Of a stretch of 50,655 nucleotides of DNA, positions 10,401 through 24,500 are shown one piece after another. The stretch is from Pelomyxa schiedti (Eukaryota > Protista > Evosea). The notes under the pieces are model-generated. The model was not told the DNA's origin. It worked only from the letters and a program-made list of their open reading frames with translations, and did not search any database. The translations under genes and the position numbers were made by a program. Numbering within the stretch: position 1 is the first letter of the stretch; each line of letters begins with the position of its first letter. Location of the stretch: assembly GCA_020536535.1 (NCBI GenBank), contig JAHLWZ010000486.1:1-50655 (forward strand). The letters run 5' to 3'.

Positions 10401-13400
10401 AGCACCGCTAGGGTGGTGGCAAGCTGCTTGGGGTTTGCACTCTCTAGCATTGCTCTGGTATAAAACTTCTGGTAATGAGCCTGTCAGTACTGTAACTTTC
10501 TCTTGTGAATTTTTCTTACCACGGAGGAGAATATCTCATTTTCTTCTGCCGACATGACGAGTGTGCCTTTAGATTTATGCACAGCTACAACTACGTGACA
10601 ACAGAAGGCAAGGAGTTGGTCAAAATCCGGTATGTATTGTTTATCACCCATTTTTGGACTCTTGTTTGTGTGAAACTGACTCTGTTAGAGGGTTCAAAAA
10701 TAACAGTGGTTCCTACTCTGACCAAAGGAGAGTCATCACCCAAGAAAAAGTCGCCAAATAAACCAGCAATGCGGCGAGATAAAATATAGCCAACCTGATT
10801 TTTGCCTGAGTAATCGAAAATTTCCAGAGTATCTTGTACCTCTACTTCACCAAGTTGTGCAAAATCGGAGAATAACGTGAAGTACCAGTGGAAGGACTTC
10901 CAGTAGGAAGCAAGATCCCCAAACTTAAAGAATGAGTAAGGGTGAAATTTGTAGGCATAGAAAAGTTACCATTTCAAGGAGAGATTCCATATACCTCACA
11001 GTGATAGACTGAGGAGTACCAATAAGCCTTGGCTTCAGTGGATTCTACTAGGAATGAATGGAACAACGGAGAAACTATATCAACTCAACCTGTACTTCTT
11101 GTACTGCGGAATTTTCGTCAGCAGGGGTCTTCAGGAAAAGTTAGACACAGAGAAGTCCAGGAGAGCATACATAAGAATTGAAAATGGGCAGTTGTGTGGG
11201 TTGCAAAGTCTTTATTGCGGACATGATAATACTTTCAACAGACGCACCAATGTCTTGGTGGGAACACTCCAAAATAATGTGCTGATGGCGAGCCTTATTT
11301 TCAATGAGATATTCTAGCAGCCAGTGGCAGGCCTGAAAAATATAAATGTGGAAAGATACTAAACAAACTTACGGGTATGCTCTTTGAATAAAGACTGATA
11401 AGTAAGTCAGTACATTGTTTGACTGTCTTCTTTCCTCGGTCACGGTAATGACTGAGAACATTCAACAGGTAATGTGACCCAAGTTGGATTACTTGTGTTA
11501 TGTCTACGTAGAATGAAATTGAAGAACAGGTGAGGATAGGAAGACCATGTTCCGATTTGTCCGAATACTGCAGTAATGCAACAACGAATTTTCCATAGTC
11601 GGAATCAAAGAGATTCTTCTCAGTAAGGAAAATAGAATTTTCCTCCCACAAACTGTCAAAAATTTCTGGAGGTATGACACTGGGTTGTGCTGACGGTGAT
11701 GCAACACTTTCCGCATTTACTTTGTTATAAAAGAGCATGTAAGCACTATAACTTCTAGACAAGGCTGTGAGGAGGAGAGAAAAATAATGTATTTGTACTT
11801 GGGCAAAGTTCTTGAGATATAGTTTTGGAGTTGTGCGTCATATTCTTCAATGTTGTCAGTTCCTCCGTAACACTGGCTTGGAATTTCCTTTTGGAAGAAG
11901 ATGAGGAGAGACAGAGGGAAAACGAAAGAACCCTGGGATCAAAGCTCTCCACTAGACCATCATTGAAATGGAACCAAACGCCAGAGTTAGGATCGGGGGG
12001 AGTCTCTGAGGAGGGTGCTTGGTTGGATTGAAGTTGCCGCTCCTTGATGTAACTATAATAGTGACCACTATCAGCAGTTCCATTGTGTACCAAAATTCCA
12101 ACCAGCTCATACTCATATGGTGATGCATCAATCACATCAGGAGTTGTGTCTATTTCTTATGACTTCCATGCAGCAAAAATAGATTGTAACCTTTCATTTT
12201 TTCCTTTCTCTCACGTCGTTGTACAGCTTCAAGTGTATATGGTTCGAGATTAAGCCGCGATGGGAAGAAGTGGTGGTCATTCACTTTGATCCTACGCATT
12301 TCTTGGTAGTCAAAATCGAATCTCTTGTTGTGAATAACCAGGGAAGGAGGTAATTGCGAGATGGTGGTTCGTTTAATTGCAGAGACCTACATGGCACAAA
12401 GACTAAGATGAAGAAAGCTAAAGGGTAGTACTTTAGCAGCACATCTTTCACAGGAATACTTGTTATCACCCGTGAGGGTATCTCCCTCAATGTAGTGCGC
12501 AAGGGACTCTTCCAAGGTTTTTTTCCCTTTCAGTTCGAGGCTGAGTGTAAAAAATCCTTGCAATTGAGAGGAGACATGTTCACACTCCTGGGAAATCACC
12601 TGCTGGCACACAGTCCCACCAAAAAGCGATTTGATGAAATTATCCTGTAATATTCAGTCATCATTTGTTCAACAACTTGCATTCATACCGAATTGCCTCC
12701 TGCAGTCAATTCCATCTCCAAAGAGTCAAATAATTGAATGAGAAATTCCTCAGCATCCATCTGAACTTGGGTGTTTACAGGAGCACCGCCTCGTTTGATC
12801 GAACTACAGAAGGCTCTTGTATCAAGATAACGTTTCTCGGATTCCTTTAATACAAAATCAAAAAAATATAGCCAATAAGGGCAACAAACTTGCAAAGCAC
12901 TAAATAAGCATTGCATTTGGTACAACACGCTTTCTGTGGACTGTCCAGTGCCGTCTTTTGGTGGGGTCGCCAAGAGTATTCTAATTGTACAAAAAGAATT
13001 AATTTAATTAAACGGGAAAAACGCGCGAACCTAGTTCGAAATTCTGGATGCATATAGAGTTGTTGCAAGAGAGAGTTCATGTAACATGTGGCGCCCAAAT
13101 TTTTCAAACCGACATAGCCACATTCAGATCGGCTGTTATCATGAGGACTATAACTCCAGGACATAGAGGAAAGTGGGAGAGTAATTTCCGTGGAAGTGTG
13201 GTGTTCTAGAACAAGAGATATCACTTCACTATAATTACGTGGACATGTATGACATAGTTCTTCCAGCAGATCATACGCCACAATTCTGGAATGTTTTGTC
13301 TTGTGAAGTTTAGGTACAATGTGAATAGGTCCAAGTTTTACTTTGCATTTTGGGGGTGCTAAAACTGCGTGGTCTGTCTTCGAGGGGATATCGAACAAGC

Positions 13401-16400
13401 ATCTGTGAAATAGCTCTTGCACCAAACCATTCCTGCTAAAGTAAGGCATTATTCATTTTTGAGGGGAGTACTTCTGCCCTGCCAGTACTTTGAGGTGCTT
13501 GTTGTCCTTTACAATGGCGCGAACCACCTCAAAAAGTCCACAGAGAACAGTATCAGGAACTGGATCAATACGCGTTTCCAATGTATTGTGTTGTTTAATT
13601 AGCTCAACCAACTCTGGCAACAGTTCCTTAAAGTTACTGGCACTTCCCCCATCTTTTCCAGCACATGAATCAATAATTAACTGCACACTTCTTTAGGTGC
13701 GAAGAGAGCAAAAACTAAAATAAAAAGCATACATTTGTGAGGAATCGGAAATAGTAGTCAGCCGTACTACAGTTGTGGCCAATGGCACTAAGAAATGAAA
13801 GAAGCTTCTGTAGCATAACTCCATGCGGAAGTCTTGGAAGCTCCTCAGATCTACATGTGTAAATGAATAATTCCTGCAAGGAAATGGATACATTGCTTCA
13901 AAGGAAGTACAAAGCTTTTTAAACCCCATGTACACCGCTCTTCGAGCAGCAGAACGACTGGAGTGAAGTAAAGATGCTGCTAACCACTCATTAAATCCTT
14001 TTTTCTTTTGGGGATAAGTCACAGAAAGATGGGGAGGTATTACCTCTAAAGTCTGATGAAGAATGCGCGGTTGTGACAAGGAGCAAGATACAAAAAGTTC
14101 CATAGAAAGATTTATGGAGTCAATATTCTTTTGGTTGGTTATAAAAAGTATTATTAGAGGTTAATACAGAGTCAGCTTCAACATCGGGGCTTGATGCATT
14201 TGCATCGCTCACAATCCCGAGACATTTATCGGCAATGTCTGAAATTCCAATTTCTGGTGTGAGAACATCGGCCTTGATATGGCCAGTTTCCCCTGGTTTG
14301 TTGTCAGGTATGGAAATATGCATTTCAGGTACCTATCAGATAATACTTAGATATTCGTAGTAACTTGCACAGACAGGCAATCTTCCGTGACCCAAGAGAC
14401 TTCTCAGTGAAGTCCGTGTGCAGCAGAAGCCGCAGAAGGTGAGCTACTCCACCTGTGCAGAGAAAGGCATGTCTCCAGGCCTTTCTTTCTTCTTCCACCT
14501 GGGGTACAAAAATAAGTACAATGACATTTCATTCTTTGTACCTGTGCATTACTTGAAGGATCTAAGAAAGATTCAACAATTACCAATGAGTAAAGTAATT
14601 TATAAAGGGATCTTCAGAAACATTGTGAATGTGGAGTTACAAAGATGTGGGAGCTACCGTGATTCTAATAAATCACCCCAGTTGGGTGTCGGAATCCCAG
14701 TAATAGATTGTAATTGGTTGAGAATCGACTCATTGGTCGGCAAGAAGTTGAGTAATTCCCACAAGACATTACCCGTAGATTCATCAGTAACAGCAGATAG
14801 AAGCTTGATGAGATGTGAAAAGTATTTTTCAGAGGCAAGAAGGGTTGTTGGTTGAAGGACTTCCTCTTCTTTTGTTATCTAGTTGCAAAGTTAATTGTAT
14901 TTTTGTACTAAAAAAAAACCTCGTAAGGCTTGGGCAAAAAATTCTCTGAAACCTATGTAATTACTTAGTGAGTCGAGAGATAAAAAAAATATAACCTTTG
15001 TCCTCCTGGCTGCTAGGTAACGCCCTGACCTGATCCCAATACTTTCTAGAGTGCAGTCATCGCCAACTATTTCTTTGGATTTTGATGAGGTCCGAATGAC
15101 AACGGCGGCTGGTGCCCACCCCAACCTTTAAATGAGGTTAATACAATCAACAATTCTCTGGGATACTTGTTGGCAATTTTCTCTTTGAGTGAAGCTAAAG
15201 TGTCATTATGGTATGCTTGAAACTCTGCCTCTTTTCCAGAAGGTGTCTCAATAGAAATGTCAACAACATTTCCTCTGGCTCGTGTACTGTGCCGCTGAAT
15301 CTTGGAAGATTTGATTTCAAATTTGTCAACAAATGCCTTGATAAGGAGAAGTGCTTTGTGGACGGTATTTTGTGCTTCCTGCCTCCGATTTGCAGCACCA
15401 TCAGAGATGATTGCTTGTGATGATGTCGTTAGGATCTCCATGCAGCGAGAGGTAAAGGATTCTCGGATTGCAAGCAGCTGGGGTTTCAGTGCTGGTGCCA
15501 GCTAAAACTAAGTTAAAAATTTTCTTAAAAGTGTTTACACACATTTTCTTGTATGCCCAGTAAAAGATTAGAGCCAAGTGTAGTCACTTCAGGTTTTGTT
15601 GACTCCAGAATCACTCTCCATAGCATATCTAGACCCAGTAAATCAAGTGACTTCACCAGCCAGGTGGGATTAGTGCTTGTGGTAGCAGTGGCAGCGGCAA
15701 GGCAGGCAGAGCAAGAACAGTTGGTGATAGGAGTCGGAGGTGGTGGTTTGTTCTCGATTTTTTGCTTGGCTGTATTGATGTTCAAAAAGAAGAACTTAAA
15801 CGTGCGGAAGGCTCTCTCTGACAGAAAAGTGAAATCAAGTTGAGAGAATTTATCGAGAAATATGAATTCTGGGATTCCATCAGCAAAAGAATGGAGTTCC
15901 TTTTTTCTTGTTAATAGTAGAACAGCGCATGCACAATACAACTTGTTGAGTTGAGAGAACAGACTCCAACCACTCAAAAGGAAGATCTTTATCTGGCCCC
16001 GAAGCTTTCACAATCAGGGAATCCCAGATTAACTATAACAGTGAGGAACAGATGCATTGCGAATTCTTTTACCTCGATAACCGGCTTGTCCATTTCATAG
16101 TCAGAGTTGGAGAAGGCATATTGAAGAAAATTTAATCTCGACCTGAGGTGCTGATGCAAAGTCTTCTTAGTCCCTGGCATTAGGCCAGATGGCGCACTTG
16201 CAGAAACTTCTGCAGAACGATCTTTCCAGAATTTCAAATCCTGATAGGAGATTAATAAAGCCTGAGACTTATGCCATGGTAACCTGTAAGACCAAGTTGA
16301 ACAAGTTATGTTTGGTCACCAGGAACTTAATCTGTTCCTTGGTCTGTGGATTGACCTTTCTAACTTGACTTGGAGATTCTATGATTGGTTAGGCTTTGTT

Positions 16401-18543
16401 TTCCCCAAAAAGTGTACCAGTAAGTTTCTGTATTAGGTGCAGAGACTGCGGTACTGATTTGTGTGCTTGTAAGTTCTTGATACACTTTTCAAGGTATTGT
16501 AACCTAGGATGCTTCAGTTCGAAGGGGAAAAGAAGTGTTGGAGAGGAATATACTTGACAGTTTTTTGTTTTTCTTGGATGTGACTAATGATTTTTGTCAA
16601 ACTTAGCAGTCCGTCATTAGCAAGCTCAGGTGAGGAAGCAGTGTGGTCTTGGACCATGTCCCACAATATTTCAATGGCTTGATTGGTCACCTAAGCCCTA
16701 ATAAGGGAGCTGAAGCAAAACTAGAAATACGCACTTTCAGGTCGTCGAGATGGAATATACAGAGATTGTACAGCAGATTGCAATGTTGTGACGTAAAAGA
16801 AGGGAAGGGCAAAGCCTTTAAGTGCGGGATAATGTGTTCTGACAAGGTATTTGAGAGATAGGAGGTGATCTCCAGCAGAACTTGTAATACAGTGGAAAGT
16901 ACAGTAGCGTGTGCCCCCTGAGGGGTATTAACAAGTGTCAGAAAATGGGGAGACTCCAACCGTTGAAGCAGACCATATAAGATCAATTTGATCTTTGGAC
17001 ATCTTTTGCTCTTCAGCCATCAATCGTAGAATGTCGGCGCACCTGTGTAGAAGCTCTATGTGGATAGTTGGACCAAAAAGAGTTTCCACAGTTTTATTCT
17101 CCTTAAGCCATTTCATGAAAGCACTGAATGCACTTAGATTCAGTAATCAAAGGATGGTTATACTCGGTAGAGATGTTGATTCCCTGAGGATTTTGTTGCT
17201 GGATGTAGCTACGAAACTTCATATATTGGTCTCTTTGGCGACATTTCAAAGCCATGTCCTTTATGTCACTGAGCCCAGCAAGCCGTTTTTCCAGGTATTG
17301 GCATTTAAAAAATTTATCAGCAACATTCAGGAAGAGAATATCCATGGAATCGCCAATCTTGAAGTTCCCCTACTGTGCATAAACAATAGAAATGTACACA
17401 TGCCGGGACAGGTACCTGCTTAAGTATGGAGGTTAAATCTTCCACAATGGCTGAAACAGTGGTTTTTGACTCCATGCGAATTTCGTCAGCTGTCAAAGAT
17501 TTCATTCTGTCCAATGCCGGAGTGTGTATTTGATCAACCCAATTGGTGAACATTGAGGCCTTGAGTTCCAATTTCACCTGCAGGGGGTAAGTGGCCCAGC
17601 AATGGTAATGGACAAACCTGAGCAAAAAGCCTGACACAGCTAGCGAGTAGCCCAAGAGAAATTGGGCGTTTATGAGAACTGGCCACCCTCAGTACAAGCT
17701 TCTCAAACCCTCGTTGTCTGTGGAAGTAATTTATAACATCCTCTGAAAAAGGAAGCTGACTTCCCCAGGCAGCAAATGTGGGGTCCATCACCATTGTACC
17801 TAGCCGCCATAGCTCCACCACGTCCTCATCAATGGATCGGGAAAAGAGGAGGAGAATAGATTGTATGTATTGCTTTACAAGTTGATATGTGGATGTGTCA
17901 TAAGTACATCTCCAAAAGATGTTAGAACCCTGCAATATTTGGCAGAAAGGAGACTCACCGTTTGAGAATGATTGCCGTTGTTGAAGGTAATGCTGTTTTG
18001 ATAATAAACATATTTTCAGCATTGCGTATCAATACATTAGTTCCACTGGCGCTAGCACCCGTTGGGGGCGGTGTTGGCGAAGGTGGCGTTGAGAGGGAGG
18101 ATATCCGAGTTGTAAGTGCCGAGATAGCAGCACCAGATAAAAGACCTGACAACGAGACTCAGACTGAAAAAAACAAATACTCCCAGCACTCGATAACCTT
18201 TCAGTTGAGATTCAGTCTGTTGCAGCCATGTTGTAAGGCTTTTCTCCTCCACAGGTGTAAGAGGTACCTCCACCTCTATAAAGGGAAAACAAAAGAAAAA
18301 ACAAAAAAAGGTTAAAAGACAAGAAAATAGATATCCCATAATTGGGAAACGGCCACAACCTTTTGGAGGAGGGGTTACAGCAGGCGCGGGCTGGCGAGGA
18401 GACGTGTTTGAACTGCCAGATCCTCGCCCCCTTTTGTCTGTGGTTGTGAAACTTGATCAGTCGAAAGTGCACCATGGTGCGTGCAGGTATTATGGTTTGA
18501 CGATACAAAAAACGTGCACGACCAAACGACCAGTACCTGTCAT
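7411..18543 (-). CDS. Large ubiquitin-specific protease (peptidase C19), USP9X/USP24/USP34-like; many exons
   Basis: Cys box [29 protein letters not shown], His box [25 protein letters not shown]...WFHFND and SAYMLFY. There is a ubiquitin-like segment at ~15000-15290 and long helical N- and C-terminal regions. The modelled start is ATG ACA G|GT at 18543, and the last exon ends ...RRLTALLS* at 7411. The termini are less certain than the core. Confidence 0.92.
7616..7680. repeat. (ATGTTT)n microsatellite inside the last USP intron (7726-7603)
   Basis: Tandem hexamer array. Confidence 0.95.
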
Positions 18544-18853
18544 GTCTTGGCTTTTTCCTTGATTGGTTTTTGGTTTTTTAAGTTCTTTCAAACGGTGGGA
18601 GATTGTCACTCGGGCACAGTTCCTTCCTTATACCCACGCCCCTGAGCATAAGCTCTTGAAGCAAGAGAAATCAGATTCACCTGGAGCTCCATCGGATACG
18701 ATCAGTTATCGTTCCCATAACAAGATCCAGATTCTGTCTGTGTACCTTTGTTTCACCCAGTCCCTTACTTTGTAAGTGTTGAAGGGGTACCCGCTCAACA
18801 ACACAACAATTCTTTCTTTTCTTTAAATCAAGTAGAGGAGTGGTGGTGGGAGA
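18544..18853. promoter_or_regulatory. Probable bidirectional promoter (310 bp) between USP (-) and the secreted protein gene (+)
   Basis: Head-to-head modelled ATGs at 18543 and 18854. No specific motif was identified. Confidence 0.55.
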
Positions 18854-20061
18854 ATGAGAGGGGTGTCAGCAGTGGTAGCTGTTGTTTTAGGGTTGTTGTT
18901 TGTTGTTGTTGGGGTTGTTGTTCCTGTCCGCGGAGGTTATTTCACCCCTACAAACGTCACTTCTTTCATTTTGGCAAACAAGTATGTGATGCCAAGCTCT
19001 ATTAGTTTATATGGGGTTTTTGCTGAAAAAAATTTATTTCATTTGTTTTGCGTTTGGTTTTCCTGGATATACTGAGGACGTGTAGGGATTATGAGCAATT
19101 ACCAGTTATTGTGAGCCTCAGTAATAGGTCGTCTCCAGAGATTTTCTTGTCATCTGGTGGTTACATTGAGTTTGATGTACAAGTTGACCCATCCACTCTC
19201 ATAGCTACACTGTACTTGGATGGCGTTAAGGTAATTTATGCTTTACAACACCATATATACATTGTATTGTTTTTCTATTCCCTTTTTGTCCTTCTTTTCG
19301 AAATAACATTGCTTTGTTTTCGTGTGACCTTGTAGGTTAAAAGCATTGACCTCAATGGCGGAAGTAGCGGTGATGATATTCTACCTCCAGTGTCAGATGA
19401 TAACGACTTGAACACTCTGCGCTACATTGCAACCAAGAGCGTGACCTCCGAGGTTTACTTTGATGCCGTCGACTTCTCAGCCGGGTACTACCTGGACAGC
19501 TTCTGGGACGAAGACGGAATCAACGGCGGTGATGCCGTCGGAATCATGGTCACAGTTCCCGGCGGAACCACAATCCAACTGAGCATCGAGACACAGGGCT
19601 TCTTCGACCGGTCAGCCATCAACTCACTCATAATATACAACAAGGACTACACCACCCTCCCAGTAAAGGTCCACATCAACGACGCCATAAACCCCGAAGC
19701 AGTCAACCTATATGCCACCGGCTCCCTCAAATTCTCACTGGACGTTGACCAGAGTTCCGGAACAACTCACGTTCTCTACGGGGACTACACCAGGATAGTC
19801 GAGAGGATAGACCTCAACGACGGCTCCGCCGGCGACGACCTCAACTGCCCCAACTCTGATTCCAATGACTACAACACACTGCAGTACTTCGCGGGCCACA
19901 CTGTTCTCGGTTCCAAGATACAGTTCGACGTAATCAACTTCTTTGCTGACACTTTCCTGCTTGCTTTTGACGACGATGATGGAATCAATGGTGGTGCTGC
20001 AGCCCACTTTGAGCAATACCAAGAGGACAATGCTATTTGGATAGTGATAGAAACCGCTTAA
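18854..20061 (+). CDS. Secreted acidic protein (332 aa) made of two tandem ~150-aa homologous domains of unknown family (exons 18854-18981, 19086-19230, 19336-20061)
   Basis: Signal peptide, two GT-AG introns giving a 999-nt continuous frame, and a visible internal duplication. Confidence 0.88.
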
Positions 20062-20202
20062 GATAAAGGATAAATACTAATACGGCAAGGATAAGACAAA
20101 AACCCTTGGTACAAAAACTAAAAAAAAAAAGTCATGGGAGTGAAAGGACTATTAACAAAAGCACAATCAGGTTTTTTTATTTAATGTTCAAATGGGGAGG
20201 GA

Positions 20203-21287
20203 TTATGACTGCCCGCCAGTCTCTTCCTCTATTCTCTCCTCATCTGGAAAAAAGTGAGCAAGTGGAACGAAGGGGAAGACATATGTGTAACATACGTAAA
20301 TCAGCGGCCCACAGTGACAGATTGTCGCGAAGAAGTTGCATGATGAGGGTACTATCTTTGTGGGAACTTTCGCCTGGGAGGCTCTCGAGTTCGGCAATGG
20401 CGTCATCAAAGGCTTTGCGTGCGAGGTTGCAGGCATCTTCGGGAGAGCTAGTTGTGGGATCAGTCGCGGTTAGAGGAAAAAGGAGCCGTACCCCATGATT
20501 TCATAGTAGAATACACTGAAGTTGAGGGCAAGTCCTAATCTGGTTGGGTGAATTGGCTGGAGGTCCTTAGCAATGTCAGAGGCTGCTTTGTAAGCTTCCA
20601 TTGCATTTGCTGCTGCTTCCTTGCGCTCGGCAGCAACGCGGTACTCTGCGAGATAGCGGTAGTAGTCTCCCTTCCTTTGGGAATGTTAAGTTTAGGAAGC
20701 AGAGTGAAGCCGGTACATCTTGAGATAGAAGACTTTGCCCTCGGGTGTTGTGCTCTTTGGAATAAGGGTTGTGTCAAGAATGCTAAGGATTTCCGCACAG
20801 GTGGCAGACAATTCTTGCTCGACCTTCTCGCGGTATTCCTTGATCCTCCTAAGGTTGTCTGGATTGTTTCCTCTGGTTTCCTCCTGTAGAGAAGCAAGTT
20901 AGATTTGGCGAGCATCGATTTGCATAGAAGTATGCACACCTTCTGCTCTACGGATGATACAATTCTCCAAGAGGCACGGCGAGCACCAACAACGTTCTTG
21001 TAGGCTGCTGAGAATAAATTCCTCTCCTCGGGGTTAAGTTCAGCAGCAGTCTCGGCTACAATTTTCATGTACTTGACCATTTCTTTTCATTACATTTCAG
21101 TTGGAATGCATCCAAGTTTTAAAAACACGCCACCGTACAACAACAAACCAATTTAACAACAAAGGAAATCAACGACAAATGACAAAATAAACACGACAAC
21201 GACAAAAAAAAAAGTACCGTCGTAACGCTCAGCTTGTTCAGCGAGCTTAGCCATGAATACATTTTCTTCGCGTGGATCTTGTGCCAT
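20203..21287 (-). CDS. 14-3-3 protein (6 exons)
   Basis: [65 protein letters not shown] and [17 protein letters not shown]. Confidence 0.98.
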
Positions 21288-21523
21288 CGTTGTCGTTGTT
21301 TTGCCGAGATTTGGTTGTTGTTACTTACACCGCCTCTTTGTTTTTTTTTTCCTTTTCTTTGTTTTCGAACAGCTGTTGCTTTTTTTTGTTCCTTTTCCTT
21401 TTCAGTTGTGCCCCGGCGCCCCTTTCACATGAATCCTTAGAACCGCGAGATCTCGGAGCTCTATTGCTCTAAATTCGTCTGGTGAACTAAAACAAAGTTT
21501 GTTGTTTAACAACCTACACAGTG

Positions 21524-24500
21524 CTACTGCATTTTGATGGCGAATGTGCGGATGTCCATTGGGTCAATGGTGATAGGGATAGAGGGTCCGATGTTGAGTG
21601 TGGATAGTGTGTGGGCTCCACTCAGTGTCATCTCACTGGCTGCGGTAATGGTCCAGTCCGCAAACAGCTTCTGCAGGTCAAGAGTTACAGGCTCTGATAG
21701 TGTGGGATCCTCATCAACGGCCATGATGTGGTGCAGCCTCAGGAGTATTTGTGCTCCGTCCGCAATGTTGTACTGTGTGACCTGTGTGTGTAGTGTCTCT
21801 TAATTTACATCGGGTAAAATGGAGATAATTTACCTGGAGTGTAAGCAGGTGGATGTTTTCGGGAAGTGCAGTAACCATGGGTGTCCACTCAGGCCACACG
21901 GCAACGGGGTCCGAAGACACAAGAACGACTGCCGGGTGCTCGTACTTGAGGGCACTCTGTCGGATTTTAGCCGCGGCGGTAGTGGCGCTGTCGTAGACGA
22001 GGAGGTGTTTGGTTCCGATGGCAGTAGCATCATCCAGAGGTTCCCCGACTCCCTTTTGATCACCGTCGGTAAGTAACCTTCTGTGAACCATCAGCTCAAC
22101 AGTGCCATTTGTGAGAGAGGCAATTCCTTGGCCACGGTCAGGAAGTACTGCCATGGTGCTCTTTTTGTCACTGAGATACACAGTGAGCATGAGAATGGGA
22201 AACATTCAAACTTACGTGATGTAGCCGGCAGTGCTCACTGGGTAGAAATTGCCACTTATTGGGTTTTCTACTTCAAATTGGTTGGAAATAACATTGTACA
22301 CCCGCTCGGCGAATTCGAGTCCATGGGAGTCGGTATAAAGAAGACCACCGCTTTGCATGTCAGAGGTGTACCTCACAATAACTTCTTTCCCGTAGCCATC
22401 AGAAACGTCGATTGGTCCCACGGTGGTTGTGATCTCTACAAATGGCAGTGAATTGTACAGCCGGTATCTACTGCAGTTAACCAACCAGACGACTTCTAAC
22501 ACGAAACCGTACCTTTGGGCGATATGACTTGATTTATCCAGAAAGACGTCAAGCTCTTCGTACACAGAGCCCATGACTGTAGTTACTCCAAACCTAGAGG
22601 ACAGGTATGAGTGACCAATTATACGTATGTCACATACCTTGGCCCAGGGAAATTGGAAGCAGGAGTATTAGCAGCAAAAACGTAAGCTCCGCTCCGTGGG
22701 TTGCTGGGAGAATTCTCAGGTACATAGTACAAAACATCGACACTGAAGAGATTAAGAATAAAGAAGACTGGAAAATACAACATACCTTAAACTGAGTGTA
22801 AGCCCTCGTATTTTGTCATAGAGGGATGTAGGGTAACCGGTGGAGGAATCAAAATTCATTACATAGAAGGAGTTCTCAATTGATACAGATAAAGTTGGGC
22901 CTCCAGGGAGGTACGGCTTATTTTCGGCAATTGGTTCATCAGATTCACGAAGCTGAAAGGTTGCTATGCCAAGAGGAGGAACAGAGGGAGCCACAAAGGT
23001 AAGCTCGTATGCTCCGTTGAGCAACCGTGTCTGTGACCGGAGCATCGAGCCGTTTGAAGCGACAACCCACATCGCCGATTCAACACCCAATGTCAGAGGA
23101 ATATCGAGCTCATAAGCAAGGGGGTTGTAAACTGAAATGACTGTGCCGGCAGCTAGCTCACTACAATAGGCTGACTCCTCCTGTGGCACATCGCACACAG
23201 ACCACCCAGATGAAAACTGGGGGAAAATAGTCGACAAAGACTCCAAGATGGCCGACTGGGAGGCAACATTTCCGGCATCAAGTTGCTGTGGTCAACGTTA
23301 CAAGAATTTTAATAGGATGAAGGCGAATGTCACCGAGTTATAGTCGTCATAAACAAATGACTTGGAGGTGCCGGTAATAGAGTCGTGATGCTGGAACCCA
23401 GTTAATTTATGACTTCTTGTGGGATTGAAATCATTATTACCTGAACTACTCCTACAGCATGCCACATCGTAGTCAGTTCATCTTCAGCAATGGATACATC
23501 GCCTTCAAGAAAATTAACAATTAAAGCGATTCTGATCAAAACTCACCCGACGCAAGAGCGTGAATGAGGCGAGCAGCGTGGAAAAGAGAACTTGAAGAGC
23601 GGATGTGTCGCTTAAAGGCTGGGTGACTTGTGAAATAGCCAGACCAGTAATCGTCCGTGTAATCTGTTCAAGAGAAGAGTAGTGTTAATTGATATACGAG
23701 TGGTGCTATGAGTGAAACCTGCATAACCAAAGAAGTCATCAGTCTTGACTGGGAATGTGAGACTTGTGTAAGTAGCAAGAGCTTCTTTGTATTTGGTTGG
23801 TGTGCTGTAGAACATGTTAAGGCCATATTCGGGGTGCTCGTCAAAGTAGCCAATTAGGTTATCTAAGCCCTCAAATTCCCCTTCCGAAGACTGCCACTCA
23901 AAATCGCAACCTGCATTTGGTGAACATGTGCAGTACAATCAGAACAGGGAAAAGTACCCATGGGAGCGATAGCCTCATTTGATTGGTATGCCCCGGCGTA
24001 GTTGTAGATCCAGAAGGCGAACTGGTCTGGATCCCAGGAGACTGTACTGCGTAAGTTGTCATGCTTTTGGTGCAGGAGGGCTCTGTCAGCGTCTGTGGAG
24101 TTGCTGGTCCATGAAAAACCGGAGGACACACTTCTTCCACTTGGCCAGCAATACCCTGCAGATACATTCAGTTGCGAAGTGGGAAAAGGAACACACAGTC
24201 CCAGAGGATGTGAGACATTATGTCTTGATCTGCGGCCTCAAAGCTCTTCATAGGACGCCATATAAACTCCAAATCGCGATTTGTTGTTCGGTAAGCGTCA
24301 TCTTGATGATCAATTCTCATTACGACCTAGACACAGGTTGTGAATGGTGGTAACGGGAAAATTTGGTACATTGAAGTCAAAACCAAACTTTTTATAAAGC
24401 CATGTGTTGCCTTGACTGTGCTAAATTCGAGGATCAGAAAATGGATGACATTACGTTGGTCTTACTCCAAAAGGATCTATTTGCCAGCCTACAGTTGGAA

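Noticed and set aside
18276-18339. Apparent non-canonical (GA/AT-start) intron after the ATG at 18339
   Set aside because: A canonical model exists: ATG ACA G|GT at 18543-18535 spliced to the AG at 18276.
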